Shown here: in pieces, positions 46,261 to 54,950 of the stretch
How positions within the stretch are numbered: position 1 is the first letter of the stretch
Layout: each line of letters begins with the position of its first letter
Source: Candidatus Avispirillum sp.
GTDB taxonomy: Bacteria > Bacillota > Clostridia > Oscillospirales > CAG-272
Length of the DNA stretch: 60,900 bases
Assembly (NCBI GenBank): GCA_045545335.1
Contig: JAZQAS010000130.1
Coordinates: 1-60,900 of the forward strand
Reading direction: 5' to 3'
Translations under genes and position numbers: made by a program
The notes under the pieces: generated by a model
Databases searched by the model: none
What the model was told of the DNA's origin: nothing
What the model saw: the letters and a program-made list of their open reading frames with translations, nothing else

Positions 46261-46995
46261 ATGGAAAATAACGAAAATCAGTCAAGTCTGCAGGCCTTGG
46301 GCTTTGTCATTAGAAAAAGGCTCGTGTTTATATTCGCTATCGGACTTGCAGTAGCCCTTGTAGCGGCGCTTATAACCGTGTTTCTCATAAAGCCCGTATA
46401 TTCGTCAACTGCCAAGTTCTACGTAAATAATACGTCCGAGCAGTCGAGCAACGTATCCTCTCAGGATATGAGCGCTTCAAAAAGCCTTGCGGAATCCTCC
46501 ATCGTCATAGTAAGAAACAGCACCTCTCTTCTTGAGAGAGTGGCAGAGGCTTCGGGAGTGGAGATAACTGCGCAAAAGCTCAAGAGCTCCATCTCCGCAG
46601 GCACCTATTCGGGAACTGAGGCCTTCTATATAGCGGTAGACCATAACGACCCCGAAAAGGCGTATGCCCTTGCAAATGCATTTTATGAGATAATCCCCGA
46701 TGCTATCCCCGATATCATCAATAAGGGCGACGTATCTCAGATGGACCCTCCCAAAATGCCCGTAGAGCCCGATTCTCCCAGCCTCACTATCAATACCCTT
46801 GTGGGCGCGATCATCGGAATTGCCGTATCCTTCCTCGTGTTCTTCCTCATAGAGGTCCTTGATAATACCATCTATACGGAGGAGGACGTAAAGGATAAAT
46901 TCGGCTATCCCATAGTCGGCCTTATTCCCACCATCGTAACAGAGCAGCCTCAGAAGGCCTCTGCAAAGCTGAGAAGAGAAAGGAGCGCTAAATGA
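46261..46995 (+). CDS. Wzz/CpsC-type polysaccharide chain-length determinant (BY-kinase transmembrane modulator)
   Basis: It has two TM segments flanking a periplasmic-type domain. ATG 46261 follows AAAGGAGG, and the gene overlaps the kinase gene by ATGA. Confidence 0.8.
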   Translation: MENNENQSSLQALGFVIRKRLVFIFAIGLAVALVAALITVFLIKPVYSSTAKFYVNNTSEQSSNVSSQDMSASKSLAESSIVIVRNSTSLLERVAEASGVEITAQKLKSSISAGTYSGTEAFYIAVDHNDPEKAYALANAFYEIIPDAIPDIINKGDVSQMDPPKMPVEPDSPSLTINTLVGAIIGIAVSFLVFFLIEVLDNTIYTEEDVKDKFGYPIVGLIPTIVTEQPQKASAKLRRERSAK

Positions 46996-47792
46996 TGAAT
47001 AACGATATAAATAACGCATATAGCGGCAAGCTCCTTTCCGAAAACTCCTCATTTGCAATAAACGAAGCATTCAAGATGCTGAGAACCAACCTTTTCTATA
47101 CCGCAAAGGGAGAGAAGTGCCCCGTCTACGGCGTAACCAGCACCTTTGCTCATAGCGGTAAGAGCATCATAATGGCAAACCTTGCGGTTTCCTTTGCTCA
47201 GCTTGAGAAAAAGGTCCTGCTCATAGACTGCGACCTGAGAAGCTCCGTTATCCATAAGCTGTTCAACGTGGATAAGGCAGAGGGCATAAGCGAGCTTCTT
47301 GCCAGCGCAGACAGCTCTATTGATAAGTATATCAAGAAAACTCAGTATCCCAATCTTTCTCTTATAACGGCGGGCGGTATGCCCCCCAACCCCGCAGAGC
47401 TTCTTGCCAGCGCGAGAATGGGTAAGTTTATCGAGTTTATGAAGCAGCATTTCGACGTTATCTTCATAGACCTGCCCCCCGTAGGTATCGTAACGGATGC
47501 GGTGGTCATCACCGAGCACGTAACGGGATATCTCTACGTTGTAAGATCAAGACAGGACGATGCAAAGAGCCTGCGCAATTCTCTCGGAGCAATGGAGCAG
47601 ATGGATGCCAATATCATAGGCCTCGTGCTTAACGATGTGGATCCCAAGTCCTCAAAGTACGGCCGCTACGGAAAATACGGCAAGTACGGAAAATACGGCC
47701 GCTACGGTAAGTATGCGAAATACGGCTACGGATACGGCTACGGATATGGCTACGGCTACGGCCACCATACAAACGAAGATGAAACAGAATGA
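46992..47792 (+). CDS. CpsD/CapB-family bacterial tyrosine kinase with an unusually long Tyr-rich tail
   Basis: Walker A TFAHSGKS, A' LLIDCDLR and B VIFIDLPP are present. The C-terminus is YGRYGKYGKYGKYGRYGKYAKYGYGYGYGYGYG. Confidence 0.88.
   Translation: MMNNDINNAYSGKLLSENSSFAINEAFKMLRTNLFYTAKGEKCPVYGVTSTFAHSGKSIIMANLAVSFAQLEKKVLLIDCDLRSSVIHKLFNVDKAEGISELLASADSSIDKYIKKTQYPNLSLITAGGMPPNPAELLASARMGKFIEFMKQHFDVIFIDLPPVGIVTDAVVITEHVTGYLYVVRSRQDDAKSLRNSLGAMEQMDANIIGLVLNDVDPKSSKYGRYGKYGKYGKYGRYGKYAKYGYGYGYGYGYGYGHHTNEDETE
47655..47762 (+). repeat. In-frame tandem repeat (9-nt then 6-nt period) encoding (K/R-Y-G)n(Y-G)n
   Basis: It reads aagtacggc cgctacgga aaatacggc aagtacgga aaatacggc cgctacggt aagtatgcg aaatacggc, followed by tacgga/tacggc units. 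Confidence 0.9.
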
Positions 47793-47795
47793 TCT

Positions 47796-47823
47796 AAAAT
47801 GAGATGCTTTTGCATCTCATTTT
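47796..47823 (+). terminator. Hairpin (attenuator/terminator) between the kinase and phosphatase genes
   Basis: AAAATGAGATGC-tttt-GCATCTCATTTT. Confidence 0.5.
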
Positions 47824-47848
47824 AAGTATAAGGAAGGGGAGGAGAAGT

Positions 47849-48544
47849 ATGAAGGAAATAATAGATTTTCATGCCCACGTGCTGCCGGGAGCAGACCACG
47901 GGTCCGATAGCGCACAAACCTCACTCTTTCAGCTCAAGAGCTTGAAAGAGCAGGGGATAACAAGCGTTGTAGCAACTCCTCATTTCTATCCTCAGCGCCA
48001 TAGCGTTGAGCAGTTTCTGAAAAGAAGAGAGGCCGCAAGGGAGCGCCTTCTCAGTATCCGCGGCGAGGATATCCCAAGGGTGTATCTTGGGTGCGAGGTC
48101 CTTGTCTGCGGAGGGATCGACCATATGGAGGGCCTTGAGCGGCTGTGCATCGAGGGCACGGACGTTATTCTCCTTGAGCTGCCGTTCTCGGGTATTCGGG
48201 AGGAGCACGCTGAGGCCGTTTATAAGATCTCAAAAATGGGCCTCGTTCCCGTCCTTGCCCATATAGACAGATATCCCGAAAAGGATATAGTAAGCCTTTG
48301 CCGTGAGTGCGGCGTTATGTGCCAGATAAATGCAGAGGCCATATCGGGTTTCGGCGCAAAGAAGCGGCTTTCAAGGCTTTTTGCCTCCTGCGATATAGCA
48401 GCCTTCGGCAGCGATATCCACGAAAGAGATAAGAGCGCCGCAAAAAGGCTTGCAAAGCTTTGCGCCATTGCAGGAGAAGAGACCGAAAGAGTAATGGAGA
48501 CCTCTAAGGCTCTCCTCAAGAATGCCGTGAATATTTTTGAATAG
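47849..48544 (+). CDS. CpsB/YwqE-type Mn-dependent protein-tyrosine phosphatase (PHP family)
   Basis: The product starts MKEIIDFHAHVLPGADHGS. The start was set to ATG 47849, behind GGGGAGGAG. Confidence 0.85.
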   Translation: MKEIIDFHAHVLPGADHGSDSAQTSLFQLKSLKEQGITSVVATPHFYPQRHSVEQFLKRREAARERLLSIRGEDIPRVYLGCEVLVCGGIDHMEGLERLCIEGTDVILLELPFSGIREEHAEAVYKISKMGLVPVLAHIDRYPEKDIVSLCRECGVMCQINAEAISGFGAKKRLSRLFASCDIAAFGSDIHERDKSAAKRLAKLCAIAGEETERVMETSKALLKNAVNIFE

Positions 48545-48545
48545 G

Positions 48546-48583
48546 AAAAAAGAGAAGACTTCCTCGCAAGTCTTCTCTTTTTT
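48546..48583 (+). terminator. Rho-independent terminator (AGAGAAGAC stem family)
   Basis: AGAGAAGACTT-cctcgc-AAGTCTTCTCT followed by TTTTT. Confidence 0.8.
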
Positions 48584-48593
48584 GTCCCTGCCA

Positions 48594-48622
48594 TTGACAA
48601 AAGGGAAGGTAAATGTTAAAAT
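48594..48622 (+). promoter_or_regulatory. Sigma-A promoter
   Basis: TTGACA, 17-nt spacer, TAAAAT. Confidence 0.6.
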
Positions 48623-48665
48623 TTACATATATTAATATTATTAATATCAGAACGGAGATAAGACC

Positions 48666-49793
48666 ATGAAAACAAAAACTCCCAAGGTAGAGCACGGCAT
48701 AGTACATCGTTATCCCTCTGACCATAACTGCTTCAGATATAACGCGTGGCCCACCGTTTGTAAGGATGACCGCGGCGTCCTTTATGCAACCGCATCAGGA
48801 CTCAGAATGTCTCACGTAGACCCCTGCGGCAAGAACGTAATGTGGGTAAGCTTTGACGACGGAGATAGCTGGACTCCCCCCATCATCGTAAACGACTCCA
48901 ATTATGACGACCGCGATACGGGTATCCTTTATCTTGGAAACGGTAAGATGCTTATGTCCTGGTTTACAAGCGTGTATGCGAACGATCTTGAGCATATGCA
49001 GGAGCAGGAGTGGCTCCATCCCTCCGATAAGGCAATGATGGCAGGCTGGACACAGTATTGGAGAACTCTTCCCAAGGAGTCCCGTAAGGATGAGTGGGGC
49101 AGCTTCGTAAAGCTCTCCGATGACTACGGCGTGACCTGGGGCGAAAATATCAGAGTGCCCGTGTCAAGCCCCCACGGCCCCTGCGTTGCAAAGGACGGCA
49201 CTATATATTACCTCGGTAAGACCATGAATTTCGAGCACCCCTACGGCCCCGACGTTGAGTGCCATAAGAGCTTGGACGGCGGACATACCTGGGAGTATTG
49301 CGGAACAGTTCCCAATTTTGAAAACTTCCTTCCCAATCAGGTGCACGAGCCCCATATAGTAGAGCTCCCCTCCGGTAGACTTCTCGGTGCAATGAGAGTC
49401 AACGGCAGAAATGAAAAGCCCGTTGATACAACGTATCTCACCTATTCCGATGATAAGGGCAAGACCTGGTCCACACCTAAGTGCTGCGGAGTAGACGGTA
49501 TGCCTCCTCACTTTATGATGCATTCCTCAGGCGCTCTCATCCTCAGCTATAGCTGCAGAAACGAGCCCGACCGCTGTATGTCCGAGCGCGCCGTTATCAG
49601 CTATGACGAGGGCGAGACCTGGAGCGATGAGTATATCCTTGATGATAGGATCAATATGGAAAAGCAGAGAGATATGGGCTATCCCGCAACGGTAGAGCTC
49701 TCCGACGGCTCTCTCCTCACCCTTTATTATCAGGCGCTTCCCGACGATTGGCATACAAGTATTCTTTATACTAAATGGAGAATAGAGGAATAA
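48666..49793 (+). CDS. BNR/Asp-box repeat beta-propeller protein (sialidase-like glycoside hydrolase), cytoplasmic
   Basis: The Asp-box motifs are SFDDGDSW, SDDYGVTW, SLDGGHTW, SDDKGKTW and SYDEGETW. There is no signal peptide. Confidence 0.75.
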   Translation: MKTKTPKVEHGIVHRYPSDHNCFRYNAWPTVCKDDRGVLYATASGLRMSHVDPCGKNVMWVSFDDGDSWTPPIIVNDSNYDDRDTGILYLGNGKMLMSWFTSVYANDLEHMQEQEWLHPSDKAMMAGWTQYWRTLPKESRKDEWGSFVKLSDDYGVTWGENIRVPVSSPHGPCVAKDGTIYYLGKTMNFEHPYGPDVECHKSLDGGHTWEYCGTVPNFENFLPNQVHEPHIVELPSGRLLGAMRVNGRNEKPVDTTYLTYSDDKGKTWSTPKCCGVDGMPPHFMMHSSGALILSYSCRNEPDRCMSERAVISYDEGETWSDEYILDDRINMEKQRDMGYPATVELSDGSLLTLYYQALPDDWHTSILYTKWRIEE

Positions 49794-50914
49794 TGAAGAT
49801 AATCAAAGAGAACTTTGAAACGGGCGTAGTCCATCGCTATGCGGGCGATCATAACCCCTTCAAGTATAACGCCTGGCCCTCCCTTGCTGTTGGCGATAAC
49901 GGCTGGCTCTATGCCGTAGCGTCAGGCCTCAGAATGTCCCACGTAGACCACGCAGGCAAGAATATTATGTGGGTAAGCTTTAACGAGGGCAAGACCTGGA
50001 CTCCCCCCATCGTAGTTTATGACTCAAAGATAGATGACCGCGACCCCGGTATCCTTAACCTCGGCGGCGGAAAAATGCTTATGTCCTGGTATACCGATAA
50101 CTATGAGGGCTACCTTGACCATATGCAGGAGCAGACCTGGCTCCCCGCAGGTGATAAGGCAATGATGAAGGGATACAGCGACTATTGGCATACCCTTTCT
50201 GATGAGGATTATAACGCAGAGAAGGGAAGCTACGTCAGCCTTTCAAAGGATAACGGCGTGACCTGGGGCGACCCTGTTCGCCTGAACGTTCATTCTCCCC
50301 ATGGCCCCTGCCGCTGTAAGGACGGCACTCTCGTGTATATGGGCAAGAGATTTGAGCCCGAATACGCGTATGATAACGATTTCGTCTGCTATACAAGCTC
50401 AGATGACGGTCAGACCTGGGAATTTGCAGGAACAGTCCCCCCCTGCGAGGATGCAGACTACGGCCAGATGTACGAGGCTCATCAGGTAGAGCTCCCCTCG
50501 GGAAGAATTCTCGGCGGTATGCGAGTAAACGGCAGAAAGGACGCGCCCGCAGACTCGGTTTACGTAACCTATTCCGACGATAAGGGTAAGACCTGGAGTG
50601 TCCCCAAGTGTATCGGAGTAGACGGAATGCCTCCCCATTTTATGGTGCATTCATCAGGCGCCGTAATATGCAGCTATTCCTGCCGTACCTGGGGCAATAT
50701 CACCGAACGTGCCGTTGTCAGCTACGACGGCGGAGAGACCTGGGAGGAGGACTACGTCCTCAACGATAATATCAATATGGAAAAGCAGAGAGATATGGGA
50801 TATCCCGCAACGGTGGAGCTTCCCGACGGCTCACTCTTTACTATCTATTATCAGGCCCTCCCCGAGGATTGGCACACAAGCATCCTATGGACAAAGTGGA
50901 GCCTTAAGAAATGA
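49793..50914 (+). CDS. BNR/Asp-box repeat beta-propeller protein (tandem paralog)
   Basis: It has the same Asp-box series (SFNEGKTW..SYDGGETW). The start ATG 49793 overlaps the previous stop (TAATG). Confidence 0.75.
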   Translation: MKIIKENFETGVVHRYAGDHNPFKYNAWPSLAVGDNGWLYAVASGLRMSHVDHAGKNIMWVSFNEGKTWTPPIVVYDSKIDDRDPGILNLGGGKMLMSWYTDNYEGYLDHMQEQTWLPAGDKAMMKGYSDYWHTLSDEDYNAEKGSYVSLSKDNGVTWGDPVRLNVHSPHGPCRCKDGTLVYMGKRFEPEYAYDNDFVCYTSSDDGQTWEFAGTVPPCEDADYGQMYEAHQVELPSGRILGGMRVNGRKDAPADSVYVTYSDDKGKTWSVPKCIGVDGMPPHFMVHSSGAVICSYSCRTWGNITERAVVSYDGGETWEEDYVLNDNINMEKQRDMGYPATVELPDGSLFTIYYQALPEDWHTSILWTKWSLKK

Positions 50915-50917
50915 TTC

Positions 50918-50946
50918 AAAAGCCGCAGGGGAAACCCTGCGGTTTT
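50918..50946 (+). terminator. Rho-independent terminator
   Basis: CCGCAGGG-gaaa-CCCTGCGG followed by TTTT. Confidence 0.8.
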
Positions 50947-50957
50947 ACAAAATAGGT

Positions 50958-51590
50958 ATGGAGAAAGAATTTTATAACAGAAAAACAACACGACTAAAGA
51001 ATTATAAATATGATACAGGAGTGTATTTCGTCACGATCTGTATGGAAGATAGGAAACGGATACTATCCAAAATTTCCAAGATTAACGTATGTCAAACAGA
51101 GGAAACAATCGATCCAAATCTTGTAGGGGAGCCGCTTGCTGCTCCCGAGAACGAACGTCTTGAACAAATGTTACGTCAACAAAATGATCCGATATCTTTT
51201 TCTAATAATTATAAGGTCATTCTAACGCCTATAGGTGAGATCGTAAAAGAACAGATCCTTGAATTAGAAAATCGATATGGTAACGTAGAAATTAAGAGCT
51301 ACGTTATAATGCCCGACCATATACATATTCTGATATATTTACGTATGGATGAGGGAGCAGCAAGCGGCTCCCCTACATTGTCAACCATAATTCGTGCATT
51401 TAAATCTATAACATCCAGAAAGTGCAAGACTATGTTTGGAATAGAAAATATGTTTCAACGTTCATACGCCGACCATATCATCCGTAATCGCGAGGACTAC
51501 GAAAAACACCTGAAATATATCCACGAAAACCCGATGCGGTGGTATTATAAAAATATGAAATTGGGAGAAAAGACTGATATTGAAATTTAG
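50958..51590 (+). CDS. IS200/IS605-type Y1 (HUH) transposase homolog, RAYT-like
   Basis: It is 210 aa from ATG 50958. The HUH motif is MPDHIHILI, the catalytic-Tyr region is RSYADHIIRN, and the N-terminal part is YDTGVYFVTIC. The gene is AT-rich and the ORF-track 5' extension was rejected. Confidence 0.8.
   Translation: MEKEFYNRKTTRLKNYKYDTGVYFVTICMEDRKRILSKISKINVCQTEETIDPNLVGEPLAAPENERLEQMLRQQNDPISFSNNYKVILTPIGEIVKEQILELENRYGNVEIKSYVIMPDHIHILIYLRMDEGAASGSPTLSTIIRAFKSITSRKCKTMFGIENMFQRSYADHIIRNREDYEKHLKYIHENPMRWYYKNMKLGEKTDIEI
51123..51146 (+). repeat. Intragenic REP-like palindrome (left copy)
   Basis: GTAGGGGAGCCGCTTGCTGCTCCC is the perfect reverse complement of 51353-51376. It encodes VGEPLAAP. 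Confidence 0.75.
51353..51376 (-). repeat. Intragenic REP-like palindrome (right copy)
   Basis: GGGAGCAGCAAGCGGCTCCCCTAC encodes GAASGSPT, just after the HUH motif. Confidence 0.75.
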
Positions 51591-52041
51591 ATTATTAGAT
51601 TCAACCGACCATTTCTGGCAAATTGCAAAGAAATATGCTGAGAATTGTTCGTGGAGAGCAGGTAAAAATCTCGCTTTTTTGATGAAAGAAAATCAGTTTT
51701 CAGATTGGGAGAAAGTGATTGTAGTAACGGAAAATGAAGATATATGCGGATTTTGTACGGTTCAAAAAAATGATTGTATTCCCGATGTTTCCTATACTCC
51801 GTATGTAAGTTACATTTTCGTCGATGAAAAATACAGAGGTAACCGTTTGAGTCAGTTGATGATTCAATACGCGGAACGGTATTTGAAGAAAGTAGGATTT
51901 TCAGACATTTACCTTATTAGCGATCATGAAAATCTTTATGAAAAATACGGTTTTGTTGTGATAGACAGAAAAGTAGCGCCTTGGGGTAGTGTTGAAAAAA
52001 TATATAGAAAAGAAATAAATATATCCACTTATACAGAATAA
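51580..52041 (+). CDS. GNAT-family N-acetyltransferase
   Basis: 153 aa with the acetyl-CoA motif region VDEKYRGNRLSQLMIQYAERY. It overlaps the RAYT-like gene end and is AT-rich. Confidence 0.78.
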   Translation: MKFRLLDSTDHFWQIAKKYAENCSWRAGKNLAFLMKENQFSDWEKVIVVTENEDICGFCTVQKNDCIPDVSYTPYVSYIFVDEKYRGNRLSQLMIQYAERYLKKVGFSDIYLISDHENLYEKYGFVVIDRKVAPWGSVEKIYRKEINISTYTE

Positions 52042-52059
52042 GTTATTGTATCAGATAAC

Positions 52060-52082
52060 GTAGGGGCGACCATTGGTCGTCC
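52060..52082 (+). repeat. REP-like palindrome (doublet, left)
   Basis: GTAGGGGCGACCATTGGTCGTCC has a GTAG head and an 8-bp stem with a 3-nt loop. It is the perfect reverse complement of 52207-52229. Confidence 0.75.
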
Positions 52083-52206
52083 GATTGTCTGCACGATAAA
52101 GATTCTATAAATTGAGTTGAATTTCAAATGATAGATTAATATTATCGTTTTTTTCTGTCATTCCAACGTATATAAATTTCAACTTTTGGTTCTTGTGCAG
52201 ATGTGT

Positions 52207-52229
52207 GGACGACCAATGGTCGCCCCTAC
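52207..52229 (-). repeat. REP-like palindrome (doublet, right)
   Basis: GGACGACCAATGGTCGCCCCTAC forms a REPIN-like inverted pair about 125 nt from the left copy. Confidence 0.75.
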
Positions 52230-52470
52230 AAAATCCATGGAAGCAGAATAAAGGTTCTAAAGGATTTAATAGGTTTGGCTGAATAAATAAGTAGTCAAAA
52301 ACACAAAATATGGTAGGTATGTTTTGTAACAAATCACGATATTGGAAATATATTGAAAAAATCACAAAAAAGCCTTGAAATCATTGATTTGTTACTATAA
52401 AATAAAGTCAGAGCTATGCAATTTTCACAAATAAAAAATTAATTTTATTATACCACGGAGGTTATATCCT

Positions 52471-53559
52471 ATGGAAAACGGAAAAGTAAGAGTTGGTATT
52501 ATCGGTTGCGGCGGCATTGCAAACGGTAAGCACCTTCCCGGTCTCAAGACTGTTCCCGAAGTAGAAATGGTAGCTTTCTGCGATATCATCATCGAGAGAG
52601 CAGAGGCTGCATGCAAGGCATACGGTACTGCCGATGCAAAGTTCTATGAGAACTATAAGGACCTTCTTGCAGACGAATCTATCGACGTTGTACACGTTTG
52701 TACACCCAACATCTCTCATAGCTTCATCACAGTTGATGCGCTTGAGGCAGGCAAGCACGTAATGTGCGAGAAGCCCATGGCTATCAACTCTGCAGAGGCT
52801 CTCAAGATGCTTGAGGCTGCAAAGAGAACAGGCAAGAAGCTCTCCATCGGTTATCAGAACCGTCAGAGAGCAGATTCTCTCTATCTTAAGGATATCTGCG
52901 ATCGCGGCGACCTCGGTGAGATCTATTTTGCAAAGGCTCACGCTATCCGCCGTCGTTTCGTTCCCACATGGGGCGTGTTCCTTAAGGAAGAAGAGCAGGG
53001 CGGCGGTCCCCTCATCGATATCGGAACACACGCACTCGACCTCACTCTCTGGACTATGAACAACTATAAGCCCAAGTACTGCGTAGGTACAACTTATCAT
53101 AAGTTCCGTTATCAGACACAGACAGCAAACGCAGTAGGCGACTGGAATCCCGATGAGTTCACGGTTGAGGATTCCGCATTCGGCTTCGTAGTAATGGAAA
53201 ACGGCGCAACCATCATTCTCGAGTCCTCATGGGCGATCAACTCTCTTGACGTAAGAGAGGCGCAGACAACTCTCTGCGGAACAAAGGGCGGCGCTGATAT
53301 GGCAGACGGCCTCCGTTTCAACGGTGTTGATAACAACAGAATGTATACGAGAAAGATCGAGCTCGGCGCAGGCGGAGTAGACTTCTATTCCGGCAATGCA
53401 GGCGGCGAGCCCCACGAGAGAGAAGCATATCAGTGGATCCATTGCATCCTTGATGATACAGATCCCCTCGTACTTCCCGAGCAGGCATACGTTGTAACTC
53501 AGATCCTTGAGGGTATCTACGAGTCTGCTAAGACAGGCAAGGCTGTTTATTTTAACTAA
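52471..53559 (+). CDS. Gfo/Idh/MocA-family NAD(P)-dependent oxidoreductase
   Basis: It has an N-terminal Rossmann motif VGIIGCGGIANGKHLP and a family-typical EKPMA motif. Confidence 0.9.
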   Translation: MENGKVRVGIIGCGGIANGKHLPGLKTVPEVEMVAFCDIIIERAEAACKAYGTADAKFYENYKDLLADESIDVVHVCTPNISHSFITVDALEAGKHVMCEKPMAINSAEALKMLEAAKRTGKKLSIGYQNRQRADSLYLKDICDRGDLGEIYFAKAHAIRRRFVPTWGVFLKEEEQGGGPLIDIGTHALDLTLWTMNNYKPKYCVGTTYHKFRYQTQTANAVGDWNPDEFTVEDSAFGFVVMENGATIILESSWAINSLDVREAQTTLCGTKGGADMADGLRFNGVDNNRMYTRKIELGAGGVDFYSGNAGGEPHEREAYQWIHCILDDTDPLVLPEQAYVVTQILEGIYESAKTGKAVYFN

Positions 53560-53656
53560 GTCGGAAATATCCCCTTGATGTCAAAATATTATTTATAGCC
53601 CGTGTGCCCTCGGGCACACGGGTATAACTTTTTAAATAAGAAAGCGAATCAATATT

Positions 53657-54625
53657 ATGAAACTTTGCGTACTTGCAAACCTTTATGCAAACCTCAGCCT
53701 TGAGGATACCCTTGCAAAGCTCAAGGGCCTCGGCGTTCAGGCTGTAGAGATCGGCGCAGGCGGCTTCCCCGGTAAGGCTCATTGCGACCCCGAAAAGCTC
53801 CTTGCAGACGAGGCAGCCCTCAACGAGTGGCTCGGCCTTTTCAAGAAGTATGATATCGAGCTTGCAGCACTTGCTTGCCACGGTAACCCCGTGCATCCCA
53901 ATAAGGAGATCGCAGAGTCCTTCCATAAGGATTTCGTAAACGCAGTTCTCCTTGCTGAGAAGGTAGGCGTTGATACCGTTATCACATTCTCCGGCTGTCC
54001 CGGCGGCTCTCCCGAGGATAAAACACCTAACTGGGCAACCTGCGCGTGGCCCGATGACTTCCTCGGAGTACTTGATTATCAGTGGAACCAGGTCCTCATT
54101 CCTTACTGGAAGGAAACAGCAGCATTTGCAGAGGCTCACGGCGTAACAAAGATCGCGTTTGAGATGCACCCCGGCTTCTGTGTATATAACCCCGAAACAC
54201 TTATGAAGCTCAGAAATGCCGTAGGCCCCGTTCTCGGCGCGAACTTCGACCCCTCTCACCTTGTATGGCAGGGCATCGACCCCGTAGCGGCGATCCGTTA
54301 CCTTGGCGACGCTATCTATCATTTCCATGCAAAGGATACAAAGATCGACGATATCAATACAAGCGTAAACGGTGTTCTTGATACAAAGCACTACGGCGAC
54401 GAGCTCAACCGTGCATGGGTATTCCGCGCAGTAGGCTACGGCCACGACCAGAAGTGGTGGAAGGATATCTGCTCCGCACTCCGTCTTGTAGGATACGATA
54501 AGGTAATGTCCATCGAGCACGAGGATAGCCTTATGTCCATCGACGAGGGACTCGCGAAGGCAATCGAGTGCCTCGCACCCTGCATCATCCATGAACCCAA
54601 GCCCACAACAATGGCATGGGCGTGA
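53657..54625 (+). CDS. Sugar phosphate isomerase/epimerase (xylose-isomerase-like TIM barrel)
   Basis: 322 aa. It shows the AP-endonuclease-2/TIM pattern (FEMHPG, SIEHED). Confidence 0.85.
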   Translation: MKLCVLANLYANLSLEDTLAKLKGLGVQAVEIGAGGFPGKAHCDPEKLLADEAALNEWLGLFKKYDIELAALACHGNPVHPNKEIAESFHKDFVNAVLLAEKVGVDTVITFSGCPGGSPEDKTPNWATCAWPDDFLGVLDYQWNQVLIPYWKETAAFAEAHGVTKIAFEMHPGFCVYNPETLMKLRNAVGPVLGANFDPSHLVWQGIDPVAAIRYLGDAIYHFHAKDTKIDDINTSVNGVLDTKHYGDELNRAWVFRAVGYGHDQKWWKDICSALRLVGYDKVMSIEHEDSLMSIDEGLAKAIECLAPCIIHEPKPTTMAWA

Positions 54626-54654
54626 AAAAATCTCCCCGAAAGGGGAGATTTTTT
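54625..54654 (+). terminator. Rho-independent terminator
   Basis: AAAAAATCTCCCC-gaaa-GGGGAGATTTTTT. Confidence 0.85.
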
Positions 54655-54862
54655 CAGCTAAATTCGCCGACCATAGGGGTCCCCGACGGCAACGGAGTTG
54701 TCGTGGGGAATGGTCTGCGAGCTAAATTGACCTACGGTCAGCTAAATTCCTGCGGAGCTAAATTGGCTACGCCAGCTAAGGCGAATTTAATTTAGCTTCA
54801 CGAAGTGAAATTTAGCTGCGAAGCTATTTAGCTACGGAGCGAAGCGGAGTTATTTAGCTAAA
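54655..54862 (+). repeat. Word-hairpin array, AGCTAAATT dialect (two-armed)
   Basis: The left arm has AGCTAAATT four times plus a truncated AGCTAA. The right arm has AATTTAGCT/TATTTAGCT four times. The hairpins are GACC-tac-GGTC, CC-tgc-GG, GGC-tac-GCC and TCAC-gaa-GTGA. The first unit carries a larger nested palindrome at 54668-54714. Confidence 0.85.
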
Positions 54863-54950
54863 AGGAAAGACTTGAAGTATACGCCACGGTTACAGATAAA
54901 AATATCAATTATTAAAAAAATAAGTTATTCATTTTTTCTTTGTCGGTCTT

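Noticed and set aside
50709-50957. The supplied track has 5' extensions or alternative upstream starts: RAYT-like ORF from 50709, serC from 43841, scaffold-like from 30800, cpsB-like from 47804, AI-2E from 20107, hydC from 2296, MTase from 11274.
   Set aside because: The extensions overlap upstream genes, terminators or promoters and lack an RBS. Internal ATGs with good Shine-Dalgarno spacing give N-termini that match the families.
52105-52365. An 86-aa minus-strand ORF spans the REP doublet.
   Set aside because: It spans the AT-rich spacer and the right-hand REP palindrome, has no RBS and is low-complexity. It is most likely non-coding spacer.
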